From the NCBI GenBank assembly GCA_026770705.1, contig JANJGN010000210.1, positions 310,001-374,000 on the forward strand: 64,000 nt of DNA, given 5' to 3'. How positions within the stretch are numbered: position 1 is the stretch's first letter; each line of letters starts with the position of its first letter. The notes under the pieces were generated by a model that saw only the letters and a program-made list of their open reading frames with translations, searched no databases and had not been told where the DNA came from. The DNA is from Isurus oxyrinchus. Lineage: Eukaryota. Shown here one piece after another: positions 1 through 11,324 of the stretch. The position numbers and the translations under genes are program-made.

Positions 1-96
1 AAGTAGAAAATGTTGCTGGTTTTATTTTGGGCTTTGGATCCGCACTCGGTCTTTGTAAACCCTCCATTTTAAACCCACTCTCTCCAGCACTCTTAC

Positions 97-109
97 CGTC
101 CGTCGCCAT
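97..109 (-). CDS. Possible first coding micro-exon (M-A-T-D-) of a gene running off the left edge
   Basis: Minus strand reads GGAC-ATG GCG ACG GAC G|GTAAG: good Kozak context then a consensus splice donor, directly beside a CpG-rich promoter. Confidence 0.35.
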
Positions 110-250
110 GTCCTGCGCATGCTCAGATCACAATGCCCGAGACTGATTGACGGCAACTCGGGACCAATAGGAAGAGGGGGCGGGACTGGATGACCAAGCG
201 AAAGTGGCTAGTCTTCCAACCAGTTGGAGTGAATGAGGGGCGGGGCTGAA
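110..250. promoter_or_regulatory. Housekeeping-type, possibly bidirectional promoter
   Basis: NRF1-like TGCGCATGCTC (~114-124), CCAAT (~164-168), GC boxes GGGGCGGG (~177-185, ~237-246). Confidence 0.55.
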
Positions 251-1179
251 TCCGGATCTTCCTCATTGCCAGAAACTGCATCATTTTGAAAGCTGATTTG
301 TCTCAAACTCCAGGAGAAAACTGGACCTTTCTGTTTGTGGCTTTAAACAGATGAACCTGTCCACACCTGTGGGTGTGGAGCAAATATTTCAACATTTGTT
401 GCTGAACTGGATTCAGTCAGGACAGGCAGCAGGAATTATTTCGGGAAATGACAGGGCGTAGTGATTGTTTCTCTTTGAATTTGGAGAAAAGTGTGAATTA
501 GTGGAAGAATTCGCAGGCTGCTTAACTCCCCTTCTGGGTTTGGAGCCATTTAATTTCAGCCGATTTGTTGTTCCGGCATTAGCCGAGAGAGTTTGATCAG
601 CTCACACAATGGGAGAGAACAGTCAGAACCGCCGGATACACCTATCCTGCCTGATGTCAACTCAGAATGAGCTGGAGAGCCGTCTTCACTCACCAGGTGT
701 CTGCAGAGGAGTTTCTGGCTCAGAGGCGGGAATGTTTCATTTTTATTAATAACCCTAAATCCCTCAAGTTCCATTGAACTGGCAGGGCCTTTTCATTTCT
801 ATATCCATTTCATTGCTTAAATAAAGCCTTGATTTTATGTTTGCAGCTTAATGGTGACACTTACATAATCTAAACACCTCCTTCCTTGTGGGAGTGCAGA
901 ACTACAGTAGCTGCAGAAGCCACACCCTTTGTCTATTCTCTACCAAGCCTCTCCTCAACCCCTCAGAATCAAACTATTCCTATCTTTGTCCAGTATTTTC
1001 ATTATCCTACAATGAAAGGCCTCTGTTTATAATGCTTAGTTATTGTGAATCTAATAAAGCTGATCCAATAGTGATTCTAATTCAGTTTGCATTATGTTTA
1101 ATCTTGGGCTATTATGTCTGCCGCTATTTCTGTTTCATCTTCATGTTCAGTCTGGCTTCCCTGGAATGAACTTTCTGTG

Positions 1180-1570
1180 GTCGTCTGTGTGTATTCTCTC
1201 AGTGCCCAAGTGCCTGTGTTAGTTGATGTTTAATACTTCGTCTGCAGCCTCTCAATTCAAGGATGACATCTCCTCAGGGTGGTGAGTTTCTGCCATGGGT
1301 CTTCTTGTGAATGAACAGACTGATTCTTGACCTGCAGATATTTGGACTCATGGGGCAGGACATCCATGAAGTATTGGGATCTGGACCACAACATTTGATT
1401 CCACTTCTCTGCTGCTGCTGTGCCTCATCATGAAAACACTGTGACTAAGAGTGTGATGCAGCTTGATGGATAAGTTGTCGCCATTCTGACCAGTTGGTAG
1501 AAAGCTCCTCCAGGTCATTAAAGTCAATGCTGCTGCACTTCAAGGTGGACAGGCTGCAGAAAATTGGTTT
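1180..1570 (-). mobile_element. Degraded RTE-type LINE 3' fragment
   Basis: Minus-strand ORF ends '...LEELSTNWSEWRQLIHQAA', resembling the C-terminus of RTE ORF2. Confidence 0.45.
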
Positions 1571-1719
1571 GTATTTCATGAAATATTGAAATTTCAGGGG
1601 TGATATGATGCTGTTTTTTAAAATGACCAATGTGTTTGTGAGGGTAGATACAGGGAAAACATTTGCTCTGCAGGCAATTCGAGAACAAGGGGGCAGAATC
1701 AAAACAGTAGAACCTGGAG

Positions 1720-1945
1720 AGAAATCAGGAACAACGTGTTCAGACAAGCGTTGTGGGAATCAGGACCAACCTCCCCAAAAAGCTGTGAATGCTGGAGGTC
1801 AATTGAATTCTTCAAGACATGAATAGTTTGTATTTTGTTAAGCAAAGATATAAAAGTAATTTGATCAAAGATGGGAAAAGGGAGTTGTGTGAATAGAATG
1901 GTGGAGCAGGTTTGAGGGGCTGAATGGCCTGCTTCTGTTCCTATG
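1720..1945 (+). mobile_element. CR1-type LINE 3' end
   Basis: Tail 'gaatggtggagcaggtttgaggggctgaatggcctgcttctgttcctatg' matches the other CR1 3' ends in the window. Confidence 0.6.
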
Positions 1946-2309
1946 TGCTGGTTGCTACGCCTCTAGCAATGAGTACCCAAGAAAGGTGGCAGTTTGTAAT
2001 GTCCATGTGGGCTGCAGTGTGTTTAGCCATCTGACTGTGAGCTGCCTCCTCTCATCCAGCTCTCGGGAGCAGTCACTTTCCTCTCGGATGGAGTTTAAAG
2101 GATGGACCGCCCCATTTGACACAGGTGATCCTTGAGATTTCAGTGCCACTAACAAGACCAGCAATGGATATTGCCCATCCCCATTTACCTGTGGGCAAGA
2201 TGATGTTTGACCTTCTTGAACCTCTGCAACCCGTGTGAAGGTGCTCCCACAATGTTGTTAGAAAGGAACCTTTCACCCTGTGGTGATTAAGGAACAGTAA
2301 TATATATCC

Positions 2310-3175
2310 AAACCAACAATAATTTATATTTATACAGCATCTTTCATGTAACTGAATGTTCCAAAGCGTTTTGTAGAAATATTACAAAACAACATTTGAC
2401 ACCGAGCCACATAAGGAGATATTAGGGCAGGTGACCAAAACCTTGTGAAAGAGTAAGGCTAAGGAGTATCTTAAAGGAAGAAAGTGAATAGAGATGTGGG
2501 GAGGTTTAGGGAAGAAATTTCAGAGCTTGGGACCTCGGAAAATTAAAGAACGGCAACCAGTGGTGGAATGATTAATTGAGGATGGTTGAGAGATCAGGAT
2601 TAGATCAGCAGAGAGATCCCGAAGGGTTGAGGGCTTGGAGGAGATCACAGAGAAAGGGGTGATTGCAGCCACAGTGGGATTTGAAAACAAGGATGAGAAT
2701 TTTAAAATTTTGGTGCTTCTTAAACGTGAGCCTTTATAGGTCAGCGAGCACAGAGGTGATGAGTGAGCAAGACTTACTGCAAACAAACACATGGGTAGCA
2801 GAGTGTTACATCACCTCAAGTTTACTGGGGACGTGAATGTGGGAGGCTGGCCTGGGGTGCGTAGGGTAGTTAAGTCTAGAGATAATAAAGGAATGGATGA
2901 GAGTTTCAGAATTGGATGAGCTGAGACTAGGACAGGGTTCGGTGATGTTACTGAGGTGGGAATCAGCGGTCTTGGTGATGATGCAGATATGTTTGAAGCA
3001 TGACATCAAGTTTGAGAAGAATCTGGTTCAGCCTCAGACAATTGCCGGGGAGCAGGGAGGAGCGAATGGCTAAGGAGTGACGTTTGTAGGGGGGACTAAA
3101 GACAATGGCTTTAATTTTTCCAATATTTAATTGGAGGACATTTCTGTTCATGCAGCACTGGATGCCAGACAAGTC
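2310..3175 (-). mobile_element. L2-type LINE fragment
   Basis: Broken minus-strand ORFs 'MNRNVLQLNIGKIKAIVF' and 'SETLIHSFIISRLNY' resemble L2 RT C-terminal motifs. Confidence 0.6.
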
Positions 3176-3314
3176 AGGATGGTGTGTGCATTCACATACA
3201 CCTGTTACCCTGTTCCTTCTAGCTGGTGTAGATTCAGGGCTCGGGACGTTCTGTCAAAGTTCTGGTCGAGTTGATATGAATTCCCTCTCTTTCACCCCTG
3301 CCACTCACACCTCG

Positions 3315-3315
<1 letters not shown>

Positions 3316-3350
<35 letters not shown>

Positions 3351-3362
3351 ATCTCTCTCTCC
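3316..3362. repeat. (CT)n microsatellite
   Basis: Direct inspection. Confidence 0.9.
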
Positions 3363-3680
3363 CACTTTTTCCCTCTGAACCTTACCCTCTCACGTAACTC
3401 TCTGTCGCTCCTTTTGCATATCTCCCTTATTTTCTCTCTCTATCTCCATCTTTATCTCCCCCTTTCTCCTCCTATAGAGGTCTTGTGTAGGCCCAGACTG
3501 ACTCTGATGAACATTAGTGAACCAGTTGAATTGTTTTATCAATCCAACAGCTTTGAATGTCTTTTTCCCTCGTGTCAGTCCCAGAAATTTCCAACATTTC
3601 TGTTCAATTTTACAACCTGCCTTTGTGTTTCTGTGGGTTCGCTCTCACTCCCTTTTTTCTGTTTGACATCATTTTCACAG

Positions 3681-4110
3681 CGTATTAAGAGGGGAAGATT
3701 TGCAGTCAGGAAACTCAAACCAACATCACACTAGGATCTAACTGAGTCATCCAATTTATCGTAGCCTGAATATCATCAGAGTTTGAACATGGAAGGAAAA
3801 AAGCAACGTTCACAGTGGGGAGAAACCATACGTGTGTTCTGTGTGTGGACGAAGATTCAAGGGATCATCTGACCTGTCGAAATACAAGTGTAGTTACACT
3901 GACGAGAATCTGTGGAAATGCGGGGAATGGGAGGAAGAATTGAGCCACCCATCCTAGCTGGAAATTCACTAATGCAGTCACACTTGGGGGAAGTTATTAA
4001 CCTGCTCCATTTGTGGGAAGGGATTCACTCATACATCCATCGGCTGAGACACCAACAAATTCACACTGGGGAGAGGCCATTAACCTGCTCCGAGTGTGGG
4101 AAGGGAAAAC
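3681..4110 (+). pseudogene. C2H2 zinc-finger pseudogene (~3-4 decayed fingers)
   Basis: Acceptor ttttcacag ends at 3680; ATG at 3789. Remnants [27 protein letters not shown] and [19 protein letters not shown] are broken by frameshifts and in-frame TAG/TAA. Confidence 0.85.
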
Positions 4111-5010
4111 ATCACAGCAAGTTAACTGTCTAAATGCAATGGGAGAGAAGGGAATTGACCACCAGAAACCCAAGGGTCCAATGCTTTACCATCAAACATC
4201 AATAACATCATTCACAGATTCCATTTCTTCCAAACATTGTGATCTATTTTCCTCAGGATGTGTTCCTGGATTTAATATTGACCTGCTTTGTAACCTCATT
4301 CTGAAATGAGATTCACTTCAATCTCCAACACAAATTGAGTTACAAACCTGACAGACAAACAATGGAAAACAAGTCAGTCGGTAACACAAATCCCATGGTG
4401 CTCATTTTCAGATTCACAACAGTCAACTTTTAAATAAAAAGATGATATTTCAGTGAAAAGATTTTGAAAGTTGTTGTTTTTATTTGTGACTCCCTCACTC
4501 GGGTATTCTGTGAATGCTGCTCGGAGGTTTAGTGACCGGGATATAATCTACCAGTGTTTTCCTGAGTCTATGCTCGGTGTATAGGGAGGTTTAGCCCGTG
4601 TTGGAGTATCTTGCATCCCAGTGATGGGCAGTAACCTGCTGATTGAAGCTGCTGACGCCACTTTCTGCTGGCAGCGGGTGATCGGAGAGTGTGGGGCCGG
4701 AATATTGCTGCTTCCCCGCCCTTCCCTGTCCCACTCACTGTGGAGCTGAGGAAGACAGAATCACTGATGGGTTTGTTTGAATCTCAAAACTTCATATATT
4801 TCCAATGGGTTATATAGAGGTACATGGCAGGTCTGATCATTTTCTCTTTACATCTTAAATATTTGTAAGAATGCAACTCTTCGTGTGGGATCACTGAATA
4901 ACAAAAGCACAAGCCTCGATTGTAGATTATTTGCTTGAAGCCAATATCCACATTGACAACACAGAGCTGTGGGGTGATGAATATGATGGGCTGACAAACA
5001 GTGAAATCTT

Positions 5011-5084
5011 CATCCCCGGGTGGTCTCGAACCACCAACCTTCCAGTTAACAGCCGAACAAGCTGACCAATTGTGCCACAGAAAA
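5011..5084 (-). tRNA. tRNA-Asn(GTT)-derived sequence, probably a pseudogene
   Basis: Minus strand TTTTCTGTGGCACAATTGGTCAGCTTGTTCGGCTGTTAACTGGAAGGTTGGTGGTTCGAGACCACCCGGGGATG aligns with the vertebrate tRNA-Asn body. T-arm is intact; acceptor and D stems are mismatched; no T4 terminator. Confidence 0.8.
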
Positions 5085-6854
5085 AGTCGCAAGATCGATC
5101 CTTAAAGGTTCAGATGCCGCTATCAGAATGATCATTGTTCTCTCCGAGTTTTACTTTTCCAAAATAAAGGGTGAAACATTGATTTGGATACATGGAAACA
5201 GTCTGATCCCACCCACTGCAGCTACATTCATGTCACTAGGAGCCAGCTCTCCTACAGCCGGTGCCATCTCCCTTCGAGCTTTTTGGTGCCTTGTCTGTCA
5301 CCAAGTACTCTGATTGTCCCGAAACCAATATTCAGATTAAATTGCTGATGTGCAGTATGGAGAATTCTTTCAATGTCTCAGATCAGTTAATTTCAATGAT
5401 AGCATCAGAGTCATTGTTCTAGTGCCTTAAAGAAGGGAACGGTACCTTGAACGGTCAGTCGGACATTCTCCTCTGATCCCAGTTCCCAAAGAGTTTTGAC
5501 AGATTCGCAAAGCTGGAGACTGGGTTTTCTGCTTTGGTTCCTTTTCCATCTTCCCAACTGCCAGCTGGCAATATTTTCTAAAATCTCATTGCAATTTTCC
5601 ACCTTACATCATGTCCATAGATGAGGAAATTCAGTTTTGTGGAGATATTATAGAGGCCGCGATTGTTCCTTTTCGAGCAAAGGAGGTTAAACAAAGATTT
5701 CATGGAGCTTTTGAAAGTTATAGAACAATATTGAAAGAGGTGCAGGAGTTTTGCAGTGCCCATGCGCACTGTGTGATCATTAATAAAGTTTCCTTGACCC
5801 AATGACATCAAGAGTTGGGCTTCAGGTTACGATATAGTTTTTGAACCATAAATGTATTTATGTTGCTGATTTCATACCGAACTTTCCAAAGAGATTGATT
5901 CAGATCAAGCATGTCCTCGTTTTTCTCAGTCGCGCTATACAATCTAATTCCTCTTGCTGTACACCCTGTGACAGAGACTGTTATAGAAAAGACGGAAAGG
6001 TTTGCTACAGCGATGAAAAGCCCTGGTTAGATCACACCTGGAGGACTGTGGATAGTTCTGGGAACGGCATCTTATAAAGGATCAATATTTGCCTTGAAAG
6101 TTTCAGAGGAGCAGCATTGATTGTGTTGGTGGGTTTGGAAATTGAAAGTTGTCCATCCGCAGCTTGTGGCACTATTTCCCCTCAATGTTCACTTCATGTT
6201 CATGTTGAACACACTCGAGGCTGTTATTGGCTGAACAAGTCTTCTGTGTTATAACTAAACAGGCTGTCATCCGGCGCTCCTGCTCCTGCCGCCCGGGTTT
6301 GGCCTTCATCAGGGAATGTTGTTTTCTTGTTGCTGTGTGAACTGTCACAATGAACTGATCCTGGAGTCCCTTTCCCCCAGGATCTAGAAAACCTGTCACT
6401 TCTCTTCCTTCATTCTCATTCTTTCATTCCCAGCTTGAGTCGGTTCTCCTTTCGGGCTCTTTAACAAATCCATTTGGATAGACAAGTGGCAGCTGAAATT
6501 TAATGGAAGGAAATGTGAAATGATTCATTTTGGTCGGAGAGGAGAGGAAACAGAAAATAATGTTACAATTTTAAAGGGGCTCCTGTGTTGCACAGTGAGT
6601 GGTTCGGATCAGGAATGTATCAACTCGGCTCAGTTCCACGAGGGGATGGATGCATTTTTACCATCGCAAACTTCATTCACATTAGTTGTGTAGCTTCACA
6701 TTAAAAAGGTTCAGGGAGAAAAAGCAGGCTGGGAAGATGCAAGAGGAGATTATTTCTTTCTGTATGTTTTTACACTGGAGGCCGTTCAGTTACTGAGCGT
6801 TACAAAGTGGACGGCGATTGAAATTTCCAGTTAAGGCAATGCGAATTTTTAGAC

Positions 6855-6936
6855 GTCGCAGTGGCCGAGCGGTCTAAGGCACTGGATTTAAGTTTCAGTC
6901 TGTATGGAGGCGTGGGTTGAAATCCCATCGCTGCCA
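6855..6936 (+). tRNA. tRNA-Leu-derived sequence (TAG/AAG-type body, anticodon reads TAA), probably a pseudogene
   Basis: GTGGCCGAGCGGTCTAAGGC D-arm, CTGGA-TT-TAA-GT-TTCAG anticodon arm, long variable arm, 3' CGCTGCCA. T-loop TTC is changed to TTG and the acceptor stem is broken. Confidence 0.8.
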
Positions 6937-7950
6937 GAGTTTCAGACTGTCTGTATTTTCAATCAATTTTGCCACATCCTTCAGTCATTGAGGTGGAGAG
7001 GGCTGCAGCACAGGAAAAGGCCCTTCGGCCCATCGAGTCTGCGCCGGTCAAACAAATACCGAACTATTCCAATCCAAATACTTCTTAAATGTTATGGGGG
7101 TTTCTGCCTCTACCACTCTTTAAGGCAGTGAGTTCCAGATTCCCACCACCCTCTGGGTGCGAAAATTCTTCCTCGCATCCCCTCTAAACTTCCTAACCTT
7201 TACCCTAAAATCTGTCCACCAAGGGGAAAAGTTCGTTCCTCTGTGCCCTATTATGCCCCTCATAATTTTATGCACCTCAATCATGTCCCCCTGTGTGCAC
7301 TCGGTGCGCAGTGCTCCATACTGGCGGGAAGTTCGAGAAGAGGCAGCAGAAATTGCAGGACAGCCAGGAATAGATGGGGCTGCATTTCTTCATTCCCTTC
7401 TGTAACCACTCTGTCATTTTATGTACTGAACATTAAAAGGTACATGGCGACGATATACGGAACTGACTTGCTTATGTAATGGGTTTGAAACCCTTTAGAG
7501 TTTCCTGATACAGTTGAAAATCCGACAATTTGAACCTGCAATCTACATTTAGTAGTTTACATTTCTCACTGTTCCTGTTTTAAGAATGAGTTACAGAATT
7601 AATTATCTATTAAATGGACTAAAAAAACTTTCAAACGCTTCCCTGTATTTTTCATTTCCGTTCATCTGTTGGCATTCACCAAATTTGCAGTTGGAAATGG
7701 AACAAAAACGGAGCCAATTTGGTGACATCCTTGCTTTCTGGATGTTTGTCTCTCCTTAGGCTGCTGCCACCTATCGGTGTCAATGTCTGTGTGTGTTCCT
7801 CTCCGTGTGTCAATGTGATTCAGTTCCCTGAGGGGGATGAATGCATTTTTACCATCATAAACTTTACTCACTTTCATTGTGCATCTTCATGGTAAATGGC
7901 ACAGAGAATAACAGTAGGTTTAAAAGCTGGAAGAGGACTTTAACCTTTCT

Positions 7951-8029
7951 GGCGCGGTTGGCGTAACCTGTGGTTAAAATAGTGGACTTATCAAGCTAGA
8001 TGCCGTGAGTTCGATCCCTGCTGGTGCCT
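7951..8029 (+). pseudogene. Highly decayed tRNA-like sequence (isotype uncertain)
   Basis: GGCGC...GGTGCC-T acceptor-like ends, TGGTTAAA D-loop remnant and GAGTTCGATCC B-box. Confidence 0.45.
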
Positions 8030-8059
8030 GTGGATAAACTTTAGCAGATGGAAGCGGTG

Positions 8060-8850
8060 GAAATGTAAACTGTGGGGAGGAGTATCTCGGCTGTGAAGAG
8101 ATTTAGGCACGTCAGGTGAACAAGGATAGAACATGGGAGAATACTTTCCAGATGTGCAAAGCTATTACGAACGTCTGACAGAAATTGAAAAAGTGCTGAA
8201 CCATTTAGGCACCACAAGGAAAACTAATAGAACGTTATCATTTGCTGTGAGGGGGAATTGAAGTAAGAAGGTTATACTTCAGTTGTACAGGACAGTGATA
8301 TCAGGAGTACAGTGTACAGTATTGGCCTCCTTATTTAAGGAAAATGTAAATGTGTTAGAAGCAATTCAGAGAAGGCTTACTGAACTAATACCAAGAATGG
8401 GCGGCTTGTCTTGTGAGGAAAGGTGGCAGGTTAGGCCTGCATCCACTGGAGTTTAGAAGGCTAAGAGGCGACTTGATCAAAATCTTTCAGATCCCGAGGG
8501 GTCTTGACAGGGTGGATGCGGAGAGGATCTTGCGTCTTGTGGGAGAATTTAGAACTAGGGGTCACTGTTTAAAAATAAGGGGTCGCTCATTTAAGACAGA
8601 GATGAGAGAAGTGTTTTTTCTCAGAGGGTCGTGAGTACTTGTAACTCTTTCTTTCAAAAGGCAGTGGAAGCAGCGTATTTGAATATTTTTAAGGCAGAGC
8701 TAGATTGATTCTTTATCAACAAGATGGTGAAAGGTTATCGGGGTAAGCAGCAGGTTTCAATCAGATCAGCTGTGATCTTATTGAATGGCGGAGAAGGCTT
8801 GAAGGGCCGAGTGTCCTACTCCTGCTCCGAGTTCATATGTTCACATGTTC
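8060..8850 (+). mobile_element. CR1-type LINE 3' fragment
   Basis: ORF 'LGLHPLEFRRLRGDLIKIFQIPRGLDRVD...TRGH' is the CR1 ORF2 C-terminus; typical 3' UTR follows. Confidence 0.85.
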
Positions 8851-9248
8851 TTTGAGTCCAGACTTCTTCCTGGCTCAGTGCGCAAAGGCCAAAAAGTCAA
8901 TGATGATTGAAATTTTCACTGAGCAACATGTAAACTGACAGTGGATTCACTCGATGCGATGATGTGTTCCAGTTCAAAATGTGCAATCATAGAATCAATT
9001 CATATTTGTTGTTTTGAACCCAATATTTCTAATGGGCTGGATGTAATGCACATGTTTGATCTAATTTATACCATTTACAAAAATAAATATTCGAAAACTA
9101 TTTGTGTGGGAAGTTACTGGATAACAGCAGGTCTGGAAATGGAGCAGAGAGAGAGGATCCCTGGGGTGATGTTCAGTGAGTTTGGAAGAAAGGTATGAGA
9201 GGGAATGGGGCAGGGAGAAAGGATCCCTGGGGCGATGTTCCATGAATT

Positions 9249-9495
9249 CAAAACAAAAACAGAATTACCTGGAAAAACTCAGGAGGTCTGGCAGCATCGG
9301 CAGAGAAGAAAAGAGTTGACATTTCGAGTCCTCATGAACCTTCAACAGACCTAATCATAGTTCTGTTGAAGGGTCATGAGGACTCGAAACGTCAACTCTT
9401 TTCTTCTCCGCCGATGCTGCCAGACCTGCTGAGTTTTTCCAGGTAATTCTGTTTTTGTTTTGGATTTCCAGCATCCGCAGTTTTTTGGTTTTTAT
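9249..9495. mobile_element. Palindromic Penelope-derived short element with hammerhead motif
   Basis: ~105-bp inverted arms 9249-9353 / 9358-9462; TSD ttccatgaatt (9238-9248) / ttccgtgaatt (9496-9506); similar to the 3' end of the Penelope copy at 55.5 kb. Confidence 0.8.
9359..9397 (+). ncRNA. Minimal type I hammerhead ribozyme-like motif (A6U core variant)
   Basis: agtt-CTGTTGA-a-GGGTC atgag GACTC-GAAA-c-GTC^-aact: stem I agtt/aact, stem II, GAAA and a GUC triplet. Confidence 0.55.
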
Positions 9496-9819
9496 TTCCG
9501 TGAATTTAGTTGTTTATTGCGCCTGGCAGGCCGCAGGGCCTGGGAATTTCCACGATTTGTGCTCCCTGGTGTTCCTAATAAGCCCCAAACTGTCGTAATA
9601 ATTTGCAGGATTACTGCTCGATAACGTGTCTGTGTCAGATCGGCCCTAGTCTCTAGGAATCTTCCCATGGTTTGGGTCAACGGTTCAGTCTGCGGTATTT
9701 GTGTATTTTTTGTTATTCATTTATGTGATGTGGGTGTGGCTGTCTGGGCCAGCATTTATTGCCCATCCCTAATTGCCTTGAGAAGGTGGATTGTGACGGC
9801 TCTGCCTTGTGAGTGTTTA

Positions 9820-10155
9820 ATTGGACAAGGTACAGAGAGTCCAGGCGAATGCTCTGGGCGCATGGATTCAAATCCCAACGTGACAGCTGCTGGAATGTGA
9901 ATTCAATTATTAAAACCTGAGATTGAAAACTAGCCTCAGTAATGGTGACCGTGACAACTATCACCGATTGTCGTAAAAATCCATCTGCTGCACTAATGTC
10001 CTTTAGTGAAGGAAATCTGCTACCCCTACCCGGCCTGGCCGACATGTGATTCCAGGTCGACAGCAATGTGACTGACACTTAACTGCCCTCTTAAATGGCC
10101 TCGGAAGCTGGGCTGTTCTGGGCGGTCTTGCCAGCGACACCCATACCTCATGAAA
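9820..10155 (+). mobile_element. tRNA-derived SINE (DeuSINE/SacSINE-like)
   Basis: B-box-like ggattcaaatccc; core 'cactaatgtcctttag..gaaggaaatctgc..acatgtga.tccag' shared with copies at 31.3 and 35.3 kb. Confidence 0.65.
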
Positions 10156-10480
10156 GGGTAAAGAGATGAAACAAAACCTTTTACCCCCTATCTAACCCCC
10201 TGCTGCACCGACCCTGGGAGTGTTTGATGGGACAGTGTAAAGGAAACTTTCGTCCTCCATATACTGCCCTGTATGGGCCTCTGATGAAGCAGATCACTGC
10301 TGTTTACAATTACTTGACTTGTGACTGTGACAGACCTGAGTATGAGTGAAATCGCCGAGGCTCCCCTCGCTGTGCAATCATCCTGGCTCTGGGGTTTGCC
10401 ATAAAAAGGCAGAGGTAAAGGCATGTTAACGCTGATGTGTCGCTGGATGGCGCAGTGACTCTTTCACTGAAGGACATTGG

Positions 10481-10582
10481 GCTCTGCAGAAGAGTCATGA
10501 GGACTCGAAACGTTAACTCTTTTTTTCCTCCACAGATGCTGTTGGGCCTGCTGAGGTTTTTCAGCATCGTCTGTTTTTGATT
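10481..10582 (+). mobile_element. Single-arm Penelope 3'-end fragment with hammerhead motif
   Basis: CTGCAGA-a-GAGTC atgag GACTC-GAAA-cgtt-aact followed by the family tail 'cacagatgctg...cctgctgag'. Confidence 0.65.
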
Positions 10583-10719
10583 CTCATCCCAAAAAGGAAA
10601 GATTAAAAACACCTGCCTGGGAGAGGGGAGGAATCAGTGTAATAGGGGTATAAATGGAACGATGTCGATGGGCCTAGGGGAAAGAAGCTCAGCAAAGTCA
10701 GTTCGTTTCACAATCATGA

Positions 10720-10761
10720 TTTATTGACAATTTCGGAGAACATTTTCCAGAAAAGTTTATT
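10720..10761 (-). terminator. Candidate poly(A) signals for membrane mu mRNA
   Basis: Minus-strand AATAAA at 10756-10761 and 10720-10725, ~420-460 nt after the TM2 stop. Confidence 0.6.
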
Positions 10762-11177
10762 TTAAAGTCAACTGGACTGAATATGATGACTGAGAGTCAC
10801 ACTGAGAACAGAACACATTCGCTCTGAGTTGCCAACTGTATGTACAGCTGTAACAGAGACCAGAAAGAGAAAACAGGAGCTCAACATAAAGGGAAGGGAA
10901 TAATTGTGAATGAGGAATGAGAAAATCTACTTATTTACACATGGAATTCAAACTACTGGGGAATTATAAGCTACAATTACAACACAGCCATAATTATCTC
11001 GCACATTTCAAACAGAGAAACGGAAATACCGTCCATGACTGTCTTAGCTAAAAATACTGAAACATGAACTGAAGGTGTTTCATTTTTAGATTCACTGAGA
11101 GGACATATTTTAAATTCATAATACAGAGATCTCAATAAAGAGCTGAGGAAAATCTACGGTGTCCAAAATTCAACCGG

Positions 11178-11186
11178 TCACTTGAT
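11178..11186 (-). CDS. IGHM: IgM TM2 exon coding part (I-K-stop)
   Basis: ttttgcag|ATC AAG TGA gives the cytoplasmic tail K-I-K (compare KVK). Confidence 0.9.
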   Translation of the reverse strand: MK

Positions 11187-11324
11187 CTGCAAAAGAGGAT
11201 AAAATAATGAAGCAGATGTTTAGAATGTGGGACATTTATGTTAGTGTCTTAATCAATGAAACATTGACAGATTTTTCAAACCGCTTCTGTCAGTTTGAAG
11301 TGTGAGTGGATTGAATCTTCTCAC

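Noticed and set aside
8899-8938. C/D-box snoRNA-like ATGATGA...CTGA...CTGA
   Set aside because: Too short, no terminal stem or recognisable guide, and it aligns with the spacer motif at ~6811-6845.
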